Part shown: positions 1 to 13,880 of the stretch, in pieces
Position numbering within the stretch: position 1 is the first letter of the stretch
How the letters are laid out: each line of letters begins with the position of its first letter
Assembly (NCBI GenBank): GCA_035084275.1
Contig: CM068749.1
Span: 17,174,001 to 17,238,000 of the forward strand
DNA from: Hydrolagus colliei
Lineage: Eukaryota
Direction of reading: 5' to 3'
Length of the DNA stretch: 64,000 bases
Position numbers and translations under genes: made by a program
Notes under the pieces: model-generated
Database searches by the model: none
Seen by the model: the letters and a program-made list of their open reading frames with translations, nothing else
Told to the model about the DNA's origin: nothing

Positions 1-2296
1 TTCTTGATAGATTTCCCAACTGGGAAACTTGGAAGGCCGTGGTTCTGACTCACAGGAGTAAAGCTCCAGCATGTCAGAGTGCCATGTACAACACCGCCAC
101 TCAGATTTCTTAAGAAATACCATAACATTTCTTCCCATTTCTGTGATATGGTGTTATTCTGTTGCCAGGTGCCATGGTACACTGCGAACGATGGGATGGC
201 TCCAGTGATCAGCTCGTCTGATTTGAACCACACTGATACTGGGTTTTATTTGAGTCTTTTGCAGGGAATATCCACTGTGTGTATTACATTTTTCAGTTGA
301 GCGTCAGTGTTTATTTTAACTGCAGCGCCTGTGCTGATGAATCTGAAACTGCACTGACCTAATTTGGCCACTGTGTGCCATCTGAAGCCAAGCTGATTCA
401 AACTGGGCAAGCTGAGAAAACCCCCAACAGGCCAGAATTGATCCAATTTGGGAACTCAATCAATCACGGAAAACTACACTGCATTTTGGAATAGCACGTA
501 CACAAAACTGCAGAGGCTGATCAGCAGGAGTTGCGTTTGCAAACAAATGCAATTCCACTAGCGAGAATATCATCTCCTGAGGGAGCAGAAGAAAGCAGTA
601 CAGCCAAGGGTCATGGATTTAGTGAGAGCTTTTATCATGCCAAAGAAATTTTTAAAATCTTTATTTTTCAGGGCAGATTAGCAAGTAGGATATAACGGGC
701 CTTCTCTCTAATTGAGGTGAAGCAGCCATGCGTCTTAATTGTAAGTGACAAGATACATGTTTAAGTTTGTAAAAACGCTTACTGAACTAACTGCTGTATT
801 TATTATACAGTGTAAATGAATCAATTCTGGACTTTACCAGGAAATCGGTAAATTCCAGACATACGCTACAAAACTCAATAACAGCCTATGCAGACATTTC
901 AGTTCCATTATGCACAGACCAAGACAAACTTGATGAAACATGCTGAGGCAATAAGTGCAGAAACAATTAAAATAATGTCTATTTCAAAAAAGGCACGTAC
1001 AATTACATTTAAGCTGCAGGGAGAATGAAGCAGAATAATTGTACATCTTTGTTTCCTCCAGCACAATATTTCAAAGGACCAAGCTAGGTTTGAGTACGAG
1101 CTCAACCAACAGCCAGGCGCCAATCCTGAGGCAACACCAGTGTGGAGTACTTTTGATTTTCTTACTGCTCTGAATCAGAGTACCTCTGTGTGATGAAGAC
1201 AACATATGAGAGGCTAAAAGTTTGCAGGGAGATTGCCACTGAGGTGTGCCAGCATTCAGACTGCACCATCAATACAAATGATGGTCACACAAAAGTCAGA
1301 TGGCTGAGATGTGCACTATTGTATTAGGGAGGTAATTAACAGTAGCGTATTGTTGATCATCGCCTGCACCTCAGTAAACATCAGGCAGGGAAACTAAAGC
1401 CTCAGGATCTCATTATGTGATTCTCCCAGTAAACGTCGCTGTTGAACATTATCATTTTTATATATACATCAATTTCTATCACAGAACTGTGAGTTGACAA
1501 CCAATATTATTAAGTGGGTGTCTATAATATATCTATCGTTTTAATTTGTACACTAATCCTATATTCTCTTCATGATTTCCTGGGTGATTTCTACAATACA
1601 ATTATTGAATTTTCTGCATCTTTAATGACACACTATAGAAAATATAAGAATTACACAAGGTACAAGATACTCAAGGACAAAACAATGCCTTATTCAGTTT
1701 TTAAATATAATTGTAGAGGGATTTTAAGATAAGCTCAAAGAGAAGACAGTGAGTCACAGAAATTAGAAGACTCACATCTGATGAGCGTCTGATACAATCA
1801 TACGTGAATACGGTGGGATATAGATCAGCATCATTAGTCATGTATGGGCAGAAAATATTAAGTTGGAGGATTGAACCATTACATTATTGCTCTTTCTGTT
1901 TGTTAACACTTTTAGGGATAGTAAAAAGTTCTGAGATTTTATTTATTCAAACTTAAATTTATAACTGCACACAGAACTAAGACATGATCCCATTTCAAAC
2001 TCAGGCAGATAGAAATGAAATAAATATTTGGTTGAAATTCTGTGTTTGGTGTTTATACCGAGTTGATATCATAGTCCCATTCAGAGTTGAAATTGCAAAG
2101 TTTACGTTACCTGGCTCAGATCAGCCTACCATTAGTCATCTTAAAACGGGTACACGTCTGTCTGTTACAACATTCAGAGTTCTAAATCAAAACATGAAGT
2201 ACAGGCAAATAATTGATGGCTCAGATGTTACACCACCTTGATTTCTATTTCAGCTCAGGAGAGACCAATTCAGCAGCAAAAAGAAAAGTACTTTAC

Positions 2297-2350
2297 CTTC
2301 TGACCTCGGGGACCTGGAGGACCTGTTGGACCAATAGGACCTTCATCCCC
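2297..2350 (-). CDS. col24a1: col24a1 exon 7 (54 nt; GDEGPIGPTGPPGPRGQK)
   Basis: 54-nt Gly-X-Y exon; acceptor ctttcctacacag|, donor AAG|gtaaag. Confidence 0.96.
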
Positions 2351-2794
2351 CTGTGTAGGAAAGCATTGATACATCAGCTGTAGTACTGCAGGAAATAACA
2401 CAATATTTAAGGCAGAAGGTGGCAGAGTAAGTGACACTGCTGGGCACTGACTGAGCTTAGTGCCCAGGATGTTTGTTCTCAAGAGCGATAATTATGATGA
2501 CAAATTCTTCAAAAATATTCCTGCCAGTTGAAAAATATCAGGATGGAACTGGAGTGACAGATTTAGATTGCAAACTTTCTGTGTGAGCTCCAGTGATTCA
2601 TTAGCTATGTCTGGAAATTAACACTGAGCTTGTGACAAAATGGATAATATTTTGTTATAGGTCATATTTGCATAGTCTTCTCTGCCACAAGGTTTTTAAA
2701 AAAACACATCCATATTCAAACAATTTTCAGTTTGAATATATACCACAATTAAATATTTTTAATCAAAAAAGGAAGAAAAGGTTTAGGTAACACT

Positions 2795-2903
2795 GCAACG
2801 CCCACAAAATACACAGTCACTTCACAGTATATTCTGTGAAGCTCTTTGAGATGTCTCAAAGGCTTGATAAGTCACTATATCAAATGCAAGGATTATTATT
2901 ATT
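2795..2903 (+). mobile_element. DeuSINE 3' tail fragment
   Basis: cagtatattctgtgaagctctttgagatgtc...ctatatcaaatgcaaggattattattatt matches the other copies. Confidence 0.85.
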
Positions 2904-3818
2904 TTGATGCCAAGTTTCCTGTGAACACTTTTGAATTCTTCAGGATTAGCTCATGTACTGGCTACATGCCAGTAGCCATTACAAGTAAAATAATGTCTGG
3001 TTCATGGAAAATATTAGATAAATTTGACTTTTGTACAATTTTAATTTTTAATTTATAAAACATCACTGTGGTCACAGTTACATTCCCCGTTGGGCTTACT
3101 TGAGAGTGTTCCTCTTACTTCTCTCTCCCAATGATACTTCCTGCACTCATGTGACTCGGGTCGTTACATTCAATTGATGTCAATGCTTAATTATGGTTCA
3201 GACGCTCAGTGATATTGTGGTGAGGATGAGCCAGGACTCCTTGTATTTAAGAAATAATTTGTGCAGGAAGACGCTGCCAAAGCTGTCAAGGTATCCATTA
3301 GAATGGAGGAGGGTGGAATAGAGCATTAGTCATACATTGGATTGTGCATCTCAGCCAAGAATGGGATTTGAACCTCAATACCCATTCAGTGTAGCACAGA
3401 GCGTTAAAGAATTGCCAACAGCTGGCTCCTAGAATTACACTTAATTGTGGCTGTGAATTGGTACTACCGGCCTATTTCAAAAGTGGAAGTGTGGCTCTCA
3501 AATAAGCTCATCCTTATTCAAATGATAACCAATAGGATCCAACATCACATGCAATAAAAGACAATCAAACTGATGGATTGCAGTGACTGTTATGGAAATT
3601 CACATCAATGTAAAACACAAGATGAAATGCAGAGACGGAGCACAAAAACACTGAACCAACATTGATCACATGCAATGCACACCAGAAAGAATATACCTCA
3701 CCCCACGCTCTCATGCATTCTGTCCACGGTGAACAGCCTCCTTCACAGCTATTCCTCTAAAGAGGTAACAGCCAATAATGGTGATAATGGTGAACCATGC
3801 AGAAGTGTGACAGTGATG

Positions 3819-3844
3819 GGAATGAATGAATGAATGAATGAATG
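3819..3844. repeat. (GAAT)n microsatellite
   Basis: Seen directly. Confidence 0.95.
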
Positions 3845-3923
3845 GCAGCAAAGACAGTTTAGCACACAGGACTGTGAGTGAAACATACAGTGATGAGGGG
3901 GATGACTTCCCAGTTCGATTTAC

Positions 3924-3977
3924 CTTTTCTCCAGGTGGTGCTTTACTAGGCGTTAAGCCTGCATCTCCTTTTGAACC
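3924..3977 (-). CDS. col24a1: col24a1 exon 6 (54 nt; GSKGDAGLTPSKAPPGEK, contains the helix interruption)
   Basis: Acceptor ttcctacattag|, donor AAG|gtaaat; resembles recalled human GPKGDPGFSPGQPVPGEK. Confidence 0.93.
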
Positions 3978-5921
3978 CTAATGTAGGAATTATGCATGCA
4001 CCACATGTAATCAACAGAATATAGTCAAGAGAGATCATCAAACTCTCCCAGATTTATAAACAATTCTAAACAGCATGGTTCATCCAAAACAGTACTCAAC
4101 AATGCCTTCTCTCAATTATTGGAAGAAATATAATGCAGTAATTATACTCAACAGAATTGCACTTGTTAACTATTAAATACATTTGTATTGGTTAAATATT
4201 GGGAGTGCTGGGTATAATCCCTGCACGTGTATTACAAGTGAATTTTAGTCAGCTTCATAAGTAGAAAGATTTTTTGTTTTGATCAGCAAGTGTCTGACAC
4301 ATGCATAAACCAGTTTAAGGGTATCTAAACAATACTGAGAGTTCCATATATATTTGCCACCTACACGTGGAAATTGCCCTGTCTGCAATTGAATGCAAAC
4401 TCTCCTACTCGAAGGTTCGACCTTACTTACCTGATTCCAACCACGTGACATAGGTTGGCAAGAGTCAAGGTGTGGGGACCTTATAGTGTGTGGTTTGGGT
4501 TTTGCTGAATTTTAATCAGCTAAAAGCCTTGCCATTCAGAGCACTGCCTGCCAAGTTGCCCACTGTTCATTGAGCTCAGATCACCCTACCCATTAGGGCT
4601 TCAGGATAAAGTTAACAGGAGCTAAGTGGGAAGAAACCCTGTACCTAGTCTATTTCTCCAAATCCTGCCAATAAACCAGCTTGGCAGGTCTGTCATGAGC
4701 AGTGCCCTGGAGCACTCAGATGAGGAACCCAACTAGCACAGAAGGTTGATTTTAGCGTGGAAACCAATTTCATACAATGGAAATGTCCAGTCAATAAAGT
4801 TCATTGCACATTACGTCTAAACCTTGCACGTTCACATGTGTGAACATACTGCATCTTAAATTTTAAAATACTTCATTTAAAATTTAACATACAGTATATG
4901 ACCTCAGAATGTAAATGGCGAGCTATGAAGGTCTATTGTGCATTATGTAAAATATGGTCTTGCAGTAGACATGAGACTTGTATCCAGGGCTTCTGATTTT
5001 CAGTTTCAACAGAAAAATGCCCATAAAATACTCCAAGTACAAAAATAAAACAAAATTGGTGCTTTTATCCATTAACACCTGGAAATCGTTGCTCAAAGTC
5101 ACTGAAGAGTAAGCTTTATTCTCTCTCTCTCTCTTTCTCAGCCGTTATCCTAGTGTGGCCAAATAGGCATGTCTTACTCTTGCTCTCCACCTCACTGTGT
5201 GAAGGGTGTGTATGTGAAAGGAGGGAGACTCTATGCTTGCAGAAGGGCACCTCTCTCTCCCTTCTGGCACATCTGCAGAAGCAAACCTGGAAAAAATCTT
5301 CTCATTACAGTAAAGAAACAGTAAAAGACGTCGAAATTCCAGATTTTTGGACGTCGACGGAAAACCCCCAAATTGCAAAAAAAAACGAATCATGAAAAAC
5401 AAAATTAATTAATAATGAAAAACAGAAGTCCTACTTATTCACTACATGGGCCTCTGACAAATTAGACAAAGGCGTTATGAAAAATATTTTGGAAAAGAAA
5501 CATAGCTATCACAATAAGAATTTGAGGCAATTCCAGGAAAGCATATTTAAACCATAAATTAAAAAAAGTTATTATTTTGTTTACAAGTTAAATGGTTGAC
5601 AGCTGGGAAAAGAAAGCCCACTCAGCATGCCAGCACTCCCAGATTGTAGTATTTAATGAGGCCCCCAATTTGAATCCACATACACGTAGGACACTGGCAA
5701 ATAGTGCTATTCCATTACTATCCATCCAGTCATTTCACAGCAACAGTCAAGAATGATAGGGAGTATGGGGGATCTCACTGACCATAATTGTTTTGCTGAC
5801 TGCAGCCAGAACCAACACAAAGTAGACCTGGAAGTTAGTCGTGAAATAGGAGAGAAGCAGCAAAGAAACCACACTAGGCCAGATGATTGCAGCTCGCGCG
5901 AAGCAAGTGGGGATGGGGAAG

Positions 5922-6478
5922 GAATCATAGAATTTTATGGCACAAAAGGAGGCCATTCGGCCCATCTAGTCTGCGTTGGCTCTTTGAAAAGAGCAACTCA
6001 AAACTCAATCCCGCTGCCCAGCTTTCTCCCCATAACCTAATAGACCCATTCTCCCTAAATAAAGATCTAATTCTAATTCTCTTTTAAAAGTTGTTATCAA
6101 ATCGGCCTCCAACACCTTTTCAGGTAATGCATTCCAGATTCGAACAATCCGCTAAGTGAAAAAAATTATCCTCAGCTCCCTCTGCTTCGTTTTGAAACTA
6201 TTTTAAATCTATGACCACGAGTTACAGATTCACCCACCAGTGAAAACAGATTTTCCTTATTCATCCTGTCGAATCCCCTCATAATTTTATAAACCTCTAT
6301 TGGATCTCCTCTCAACCTTCTCTATTCCAAAGAGAATAAACCTAGCCTATCTAGCCTTTCCTCATAACTGAAGTCCCTCAATCCTGGTACCATTCTAGTA
6401 AACCTTTGCACCCTTTCCAAAGCCTTAACATCTTTTCTATAGTGTGATGACCAGAATTGGACGCAGTACTCCAGCTGG
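5922..6478 (-). mobile_element. CR1-clade LINE, 5'-truncated 3' end (degenerate ORF2 C-terminus plus 3'UTR)
   Basis: Minus strand reads [57 protein letters not shown]; CR1-type tail gatgggccgaatggcctcc...ttctatgatt. Confidence 0.92.
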
Positions 6479-9400
6479 AATACTCAGTAAAGTTCTATAC
6501 CTTCTATGGGAGAAGACAGAAAAGTGGGGGGAAGAAAAACTAGCAGAGGCAGTGAAACAGAAATAAATAAAAGCCAATAAGAGAACACAACCAAGGGATA
6601 GGATGGATTAAAAAAGCAAATCAAGTGCATTCAGTCAAAGGAACAGAAAAACAAAAAAGAACAATTACAAAGAAAAACAAAATTAATATATACACACATT
6701 TTACTTGTTCTGTTTATGTACTTCAAAGTTTCACTTTATTCCCTTTATGTTCCTTCTTTCTATAGACACACAAAAGGAATCCAACTTTGTAACAGTTTAA
6801 TGCCCTTTAATACCTGAGGGATCTCTCTCTGTGCGTGATTAAATCAGAATTATCCTCCATGCTTCCATCTCTTAGTTGGAATAAATTCAACAATCTATGC
6901 ACCTGTGCACACTCCTACTTTGGCCTGCACAATAACATTAACACACAAAATGCTTTGCAACACAATGCCCCAAATTTTACCATTTTATCAAGTGCTCTGT
7001 AACTGAAATCACAATTAGTGCAAGACTGCAGGTGTAAAATGACTAATGCTGCATCTTCAGCGTCAAGATAACAAAAGTGTATGACAAAAGTTGAACGCTT
7101 GAACATCATGTTCCTCTTTGTGTGTTTATGCAGAAACAAAACCAATAAAGAAATGCTGGAACACAGTCAACTAAGATTCTGACATCAGGGCATAAAGCTG
7201 TTGATGCAAATTGAAATTATACCCAAATAAAAGATCATTGAGATGGTGCGGTTGTAAAGAGTGGAACTAAACTGGATTCCATTATTTCAGTGGAAGCGGG
7301 TACATTTTTGTTCACAGGCACATTTTTGATTAGATATTGCTAAGCCTCTTACTGACAGAATGCCGAAGGATTTAACCTCCAAAGTATTGCCCCACAATAC
7401 TTTATCAACACATTCCCCCGGACTAGATTCTTAGATCTCCTATTTGATGACATGGTGAATCAAGCGAAGCTATTAATAATGCCAGTGCATCATTTTACTT
7501 TGATAACTCATATTTGTGTATGTTGCAACACAGAGTGAGACTAGTCAAATGTCTTGGGGCTACACAATTCACATGTTCAATATTGCTGAAGATCTAGGAG
7601 CAGAGTTTAATGTTTTAAGCTAGAATTCATTTTGAGAGAAATAACCCTTTTCATGGGTACAGTTAATTTATTTCCAATGAGTTAACCAGATGGTGAATTT
7701 TCTGTAAATCAGCTTCTGCACTGCAATATTGATCTGAGAATGTTCCTAATTTAGCAATTGTTCTAAGAAACTTATGTAGCTCTGATTCACTCCCTGCTAA
7801 TGAAAAACACAAGGTTTGCAAAATAAAAAGGTCTCTTGTCTGTAAAGATATGGTAGATTGGAACCTGACAAGAGTGAGAGATGTGGGCCAGGGGTGGGGT
7901 GGGGTGGGGGGGGAGATTGTGTAGGTAGGAGAGAGACGGATATTTGTATTGTTCTCATTTCCTAAGATGCATGGCTGCTTCACTACATTTTACAGTAAAT
8001 CCTGTGAAGCACTTTGAAATGTCCTGCCAACATAAAAGCCATGTATCAAATACATTTGCATCTGTACACAGAGACACATCACCAGCTGCAGCATTGTCTC
8101 CACTTGCGTTACTCATGGGATACGTCTGTGAATGTGCTAGAATTCCCTTGTAAGTTTTGATCAAAAATCTGATTTTTGTTTAAAGGAATTATTTTGGCGT
8201 CATTACGCCTTTGAAATATCATACATAGGGATTGCATGAACTTGCCAGTTTGCAAAGGATGCTGAAGAGAAGGATTCTATTCCAAATACAAATACCAGCT
8301 GCAGTTCAATACCTTCCTCTTATAAATACAAATAGGCAGCTGGCTCTGGGATGTACGGTTTAAGGCTACACTTGTATAGATACATTTATAAACTAACATG
8401 ATATGCTGAATTCACTGGGATAATTAAACTATTTATAACTAAATTGAAAAACAGGTTTATATATACACATCACTAACTAGTCTCAAACAGAAATAGGGAC
8501 AGCTGATTGACACATTCTCATTCCTATATATGTGTAGCTTTACAGTTGTACACTGTTGATCACTTGTAATTCATCACCCCTCTTCCCACTGACATTGCCA
8601 TTTGCTTGCACTATTTTCTTGTTCAAAGATAATCCGTGGACAATCAACCAGAGAAACAGTAGAGAGAATACATACTCTTCACTATTGGTAGCCATTGTAG
8701 ATCTGGTCATATAAACACTCATTCCTCCCACCCTTTTAGTACTTCTTGCTCAAATTCTAACCCTAAGGCACCATGGTGATTCAAGCTCCCTTCTTTTCCT
8801 TTTGCTCCAAAACTTTCCAACAAAGCCACTCGTCAAGAGAATAGAGACATCAAAATAAAAATATATTTTTAAACAAAGTGGACAGAAAGTGGACAGAAAA
8901 TGGACGTTTTCAGAATAAACTTGTGAAGGGAATAGTTTAGCTAAAACCACCAGCTTTCATCCGGTCTGCTGCACACACTGACAGTGACAAAAACTGCCCT
9001 AAATAAAACCCAAGTATGTCTATTTCACCCAATTCAATTGCCTTCAATGACAGCATCAACAAAGCAGTATTTCAGGGTTGACAAAGGTTATTTAGTCTGA
9101 CAGGTTGCTAAACGCTGTCATTTGGATGTCGACGAGGTAAACCTGGTCATGTCTGAGCAATAAAGACAAGTAAGACAGGCACCAGGTGCATTTACTATTT
9201 TAGTAACCAGTTGGAATGGATAAAACGGTTGCACACACTCTTAACCCAAACCAAACATTTCAGACCGGGGGGGGTTTTTTGCAATGAAACTTTGTAAAGA
9301 TTATGGTGAAATGTCCAGATTGTGCGATTTAAAAAAACAAGAAAAACACCAATATTAGGATCAAATGCCTTGTGTAGCATTTAACAGTGAAACAGATGGG

Positions 9401-10200
9401 ACCAGAACAATTGCCCTCAGGCACAGAGGTAAGGATTTTAAATTGCTCTTAAGACAAAAGTAGGATACCAGAAATGTCATGTTGATCACACCAAGGGTGA
9501 AATGTCAGAAACTGTAAAGTGAAGCACTAGGTGAAGTTACAATCTAAAGTAAAATTTAAGCTTGTCCATATCAAGAACATGTGTACAATTAAGGAGAGTT
9601 AATAAACAAAATACGGATTTTACGATGATTTGACCAACTAAAATAACTTTTAAAAGTGCTGTATAAAAGTGGGAATGGACAGCACTCTGAGGATTCTCAT
9701 TTCATTCTGGTGAACGAATTACCAGCATTCTCAGAATAACATTGTAAAATATAGTTTATGCCATGTAGCACAAATAGTTGTTCCATGTATTGTGGCCAAT
9801 CTACTAAACCAATCCAGTACCACAAGAAAATGCATTTCACAAATGCTTCCAAGTCTCATGTGCATAAAGAAGTGAAACGAGCGTTTTTATGGCATGTTAG
9901 CTTCAGCTCAGAGTTCAGCAGAATTTGTGAAGCTTGACTAATGGGTTATTTAACTAAATTTCCATAAAAGCACTTTTGCTGTCACACATTACCTGGCAGT
10001 AAACTTGCACATCCTATGCAGTCCTCAGAACCTGCAAACAACTGCTCCTTTGTCTAGAATACGTTTATATCATTCAATTGTAAGATATTGTATACAATTA
10101 AAGCAATACTCCAAAGGCACTATTGTGATTCAGTGGGGCAGGACAAACAATTTGAACATCAATTTGATGTGAGTCATGTAAAGAATAAATGTCAGGTATT

Positions 10201-10398
10201 GTGGAATCCTATAGCTCAGGCAAGACCTGGGTTCGATTCCAGGCTGGGCAAAACCTTGGGCAAGTTACCTTACACCAGATGTCTGATAATAATCCTCTCA
10301 CGAAAAAAAATTGGTCACTCAATCCACAACTGTTTGTGGAACACAGATGTGCACAATTGGCTGCCGTGTTTCGCCCACAAATAAAGTCAATTTACAAT
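10201..10398 (+). mobile_element. tRNA-derived DeuSINE with head deletion and no tail
   Basis: tagctcag...gggttcgattcc (A/B boxes), aaaccttgggcaagtt, ctgtttgtgg...tgtgcacaattggctgcc. Confidence 0.88.
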
Positions 10399-11231
10399 AC
10401 AGAGAAGAAGACAAGCTGTGCGTTCACTATTCTTCCCTTAAGAAAGCTTACAGTTTGGGGTCAGAATTCTGCTCTGCAAAATGACTACCAGGAACATTTT
10501 CAGTAAACGTTGATTTATTTTGATGGGACTTCATCATTCAAAATATCCACAATGATAGTAACTGCGGTTTTGGCCACTTCAACCTCCTCTCCCACTCAGT
10601 TGCTGAGCTCAACCTCCATGTTAACCATGTGAAGCACTTTGCAGTATACCCCTGACGCGCTATATCAATTGCAAAATGTAATTGTAATAGTTCAATTATA
10701 TCAAAATGATTCCAATTGGCAGAGAAACTATTTTACAAATGGTGATTACTAATACAACTCTTGCTGTCTTCAAATAAATTTGTACAATATGTTTGACCAG
10801 AAATCAACAACAATTTCAAGGCAATGCCAATTTTCACTTCACGAGAATTAGGTTTCACTGATAATAACGTAATATACAGTATTACATAACAATACACATG
10901 GATGAATAGAAATAATGATTTTTGCCTTGAAGTGCACAATTCATTCAAACCTATTGCTTAATTTTACAATATTGTATGAAGTAATTTCAAGCTTTTGTAT
11001 ATTTTTGTCAGTTTGTTTACTTTCATTTCTCTCGTGGGTTTAGCAATAATATCTGAGGAAGACAGTGTTCAATGGTGACGTCTCACATTTAATTCACATA
11101 TGGCCTAGACAATCAAAGCAGATAATGATTTAATGGCCAAGAACTGACTGCTTCAATACTTCAAAGATTGCCTACATATGGAACCGGGATCGGTTAGTGA
11201 CACAGATTAATTGCCTGGAAGTCAAACATAC

Positions 11232-11285
11232 CTTTGGGCCAGGGAAACCTGGCAATCCTGGATTCCCATGCGGTCCTGACATCCC
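11232..11285 (-). CDS. col24a1: col24a1 exon 5 (54 nt; GMSGPHGNPGLPGFPGPK)
   Basis: 54-nt Gly-X-Y exon; acceptor tctcatttctctag|, donor AAG|gtatgt. Confidence 0.96.
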
Positions 11286-11649
11286 CTAGAGAAATGAGAA
11301 CAGAGAGTTTTCACTGAGTAGCAGTATCGCATCATTATCTTTCTCCAGCATGACCACATTAACTAATAATACCACCAACCCATAGAAACTTTGGATCTCG
11401 GTCCACCTCAAATGTAAATCTGACAGTAACTCGGCTCTTCAGGCTGTGTTTGCTAATTGAACATCTCCTACAGTATTGTACAAGACAGAAACATCTGTAC
11501 ACCATGCATCCTATTTGCTCAAAACAGCAGAATAGTTTGGGGGAGGTACGTAACAGAAATCTGCAGAGAGAACAAAGTCAGGTTAACTTAAAATGATTGA
11601 CAATCCCATGGGTTCATTTTAATGATTTCATCATTTGATTATTTATACA

Positions 11650-11990
11650 CTCAGCTACTCTGGTAGTTCAGTTGGTAAAGCTATTGCCCTGCTTGGAGCT
11701 GAGACAAACAGTTTCTACACCACTCTGTGATGAGTTAGCCGATTTCAGCTCGGGCAGTAAGTAGGAACTTCACAAAACGGTCTGGATATTGCTGGATTTG
11801 GGAGTAGCAGGTGAACTCTGCCCTTGACTTGACCCTCTGCTGTTGTGTTGTCCAAGAGTGGTGTCAATGCAAACAGCTGATGGAACCCAAGAACTATGCA
11901 AGTGAAAAGCATGGGGTCCTTATAATTGGTAATGAATGCTGACATTCTGGGACATCGCACACGTGTACGATAGCAGTGAGTATTAATCAG
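11650..11990 (+). mobile_element. Older, second tRNA-like SINE relic
   Basis: A-box-like ggtagttcagttggtaaagc; the segment tgtgatgagttagccgatttcagc recurs in degenerate form at about 50545-50610 (tgtgctgagttaactaatttggacagc). Confidence 0.5.
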
Positions 11991-13419
11991 ATGACCTTTG
12001 GGGGGTGTGGGTGGAAAAAATGTTCCAAGTCCATTAAAGGTGCCCGGCCATTCATTTGTACAAGCCTTGAGTGTTGCCTTACAGAACTCCTCAGTTACTA
12101 TGAACTGTCTCCGCCCATAGAAATAGCCTGGAGTGACCTTTGAATGTATAAAATGTACTGGCTAGTACTTCTGCTGTTTGTTTCCAAAACAATCCGAATC
12201 ATTGTCCAGTTGACATTTAAGGCGAGCTTGGAGTATTCCCGACGAACCCTAGTGACATTAAAAAAAAAACACAGTCACAAGCTAGAGTGGCTTAACTCTT
12301 TGAGGTTCTGGGTTTTCTCCCCCAGCTTTCCAGACATGCAGGTGTCATAAATGTACAGGCCAACAACAGAATTTAAAATTAAGGTTTTTTTAAATTAAAG
12401 AATCCGGAAATATGTCGTGCTGATTTGTGAACACCTCAAGCCTGGCTCAACATCACATCAGGAGAGGCTGTGAGATCCAGAATTTTTTTTTAAAAAATAA
12501 ATGTTGGGAGGTGTTTCCTCTGGCAGTGAAATCCCAGTTAATATTACCGCTTTCCTGAGGAGTGATTTTCAACCCCTATAACTGGGTTAGACTAACTACT
12601 TAAACATCTGTCAGCAATGGATTTAGTACTATTTTTCTCTGTTGGGTGCCCATTATAAAGGTCGAACCCGAGAAATCGTTGCAATATTTCGACAGGAACC
12701 TTGGAAATGTAGCATTAGGAGTCCACATAAAGAGATGTGTAATGGAATTTATTTGATTTTTCAAAAAGTCTGGGGGATAATTAAATTGCCTTAAGCACTT
12801 TTATCTTTTCAAAATATAATACCACAGAACAATTATTGTATTTTAAGTGATTAACTTGTTCCTAAAAATTCCACCCTTTCAAACAAAGCTTAGGAATATA
12901 TCGATGCCCATTGTTTATTTGCCAATTAAACTCTTGCAGGTAAATGAAGCAAAATGTACATTGAAATTGGGAAGCACGAAAACTATAGCCAGGCATTAGG
13001 ATTAAAAGATCTGCCAAAATCTAATGAACTGGTGGAAATGGCTCAATGGGCTTAATGGTCTCATCCAGCTCTTGTTTTCCTGTGTTGCTTGGCTAGCAGC
13101 TTCATTTGCAATATTTTTCCAAAGCACAGATGATCATCTATTATCATATGTATTGTATAAAGATTCAGAATATTCTCAGAGTTTCTAATACAAAATGCAT
13201 TCTTTGTACACTAAGTGCACATAAAAACCTGCACAAGCTCCTACCCAACACCCAAGAAAAGCATTTTATCCTTTTCTGGTGAAAGCTTTGAGCTATAAGA
13301 TAGAGAAAGCTGAACGTTTGGTCTATAGAATGATCAATGCCAACTCAGATGTCTTTGAGTAGCTCTCTTTCAATTTGGAGTCTTAGCAATGCTTTCTTAT
13401 AAACCCCTTAGCAATACTT

Positions 13420-13880
13420 GAAACATTAAACTGAGGTCCCACCTGCATCTTCAGGTGGATGTCAAACATCCCATGGCACTGTTCAAAAAGAAAAGGGGAG
13501 TTCACCTGGTGAACTGGGTTCAATTCCAGGCAGGGTGAAACCTTGGGCAAGTTTCCTTACTCTACATACTTAATAATAACATTCCCTCAAAAAAAGCAAT
13601 AATAATAAATTGGTCATACCAATCCATAACTGTTTGTGGGACATTGCTGTGTGCAATTGACTAATGTTTTGCCCACATATGTACAGTCAATTAATTTTAC
13701 AATATATTCTGTGAAGCGCTTTGAGACATCTAGAAGATTTGAAAAGCACTATATCAAATGCAAGGGTTATTATTATTGTTATATAGCCAATCCACTGTAC
13801 CGTATATCCTGTGAACTGCTTTGAGGCATCTCAATTATGTGATACAGCGCTATTTCGAAAGCAAAGATTATTATTATAAC
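13420..13880 (+). mobile_element. Composite: old Deu-core SINE with a young SINE inside (13513-13780) and a second, older tail (13800-13880)
   Basis: ttaaactgaggtccc...caggtggatgtcaaacatcccatggcact...ggggagttcacctggtg resembles the Deu core. It is followed by a B box gggttcaattcc, the young SINE body and two successive tails. Confidence 0.8.

Noticed and set aside
1-2296. Search for col24a1 exon 8
   Set aside because: No Gly-X-Y exon with splice sites seen; it presumably lies outside the window.
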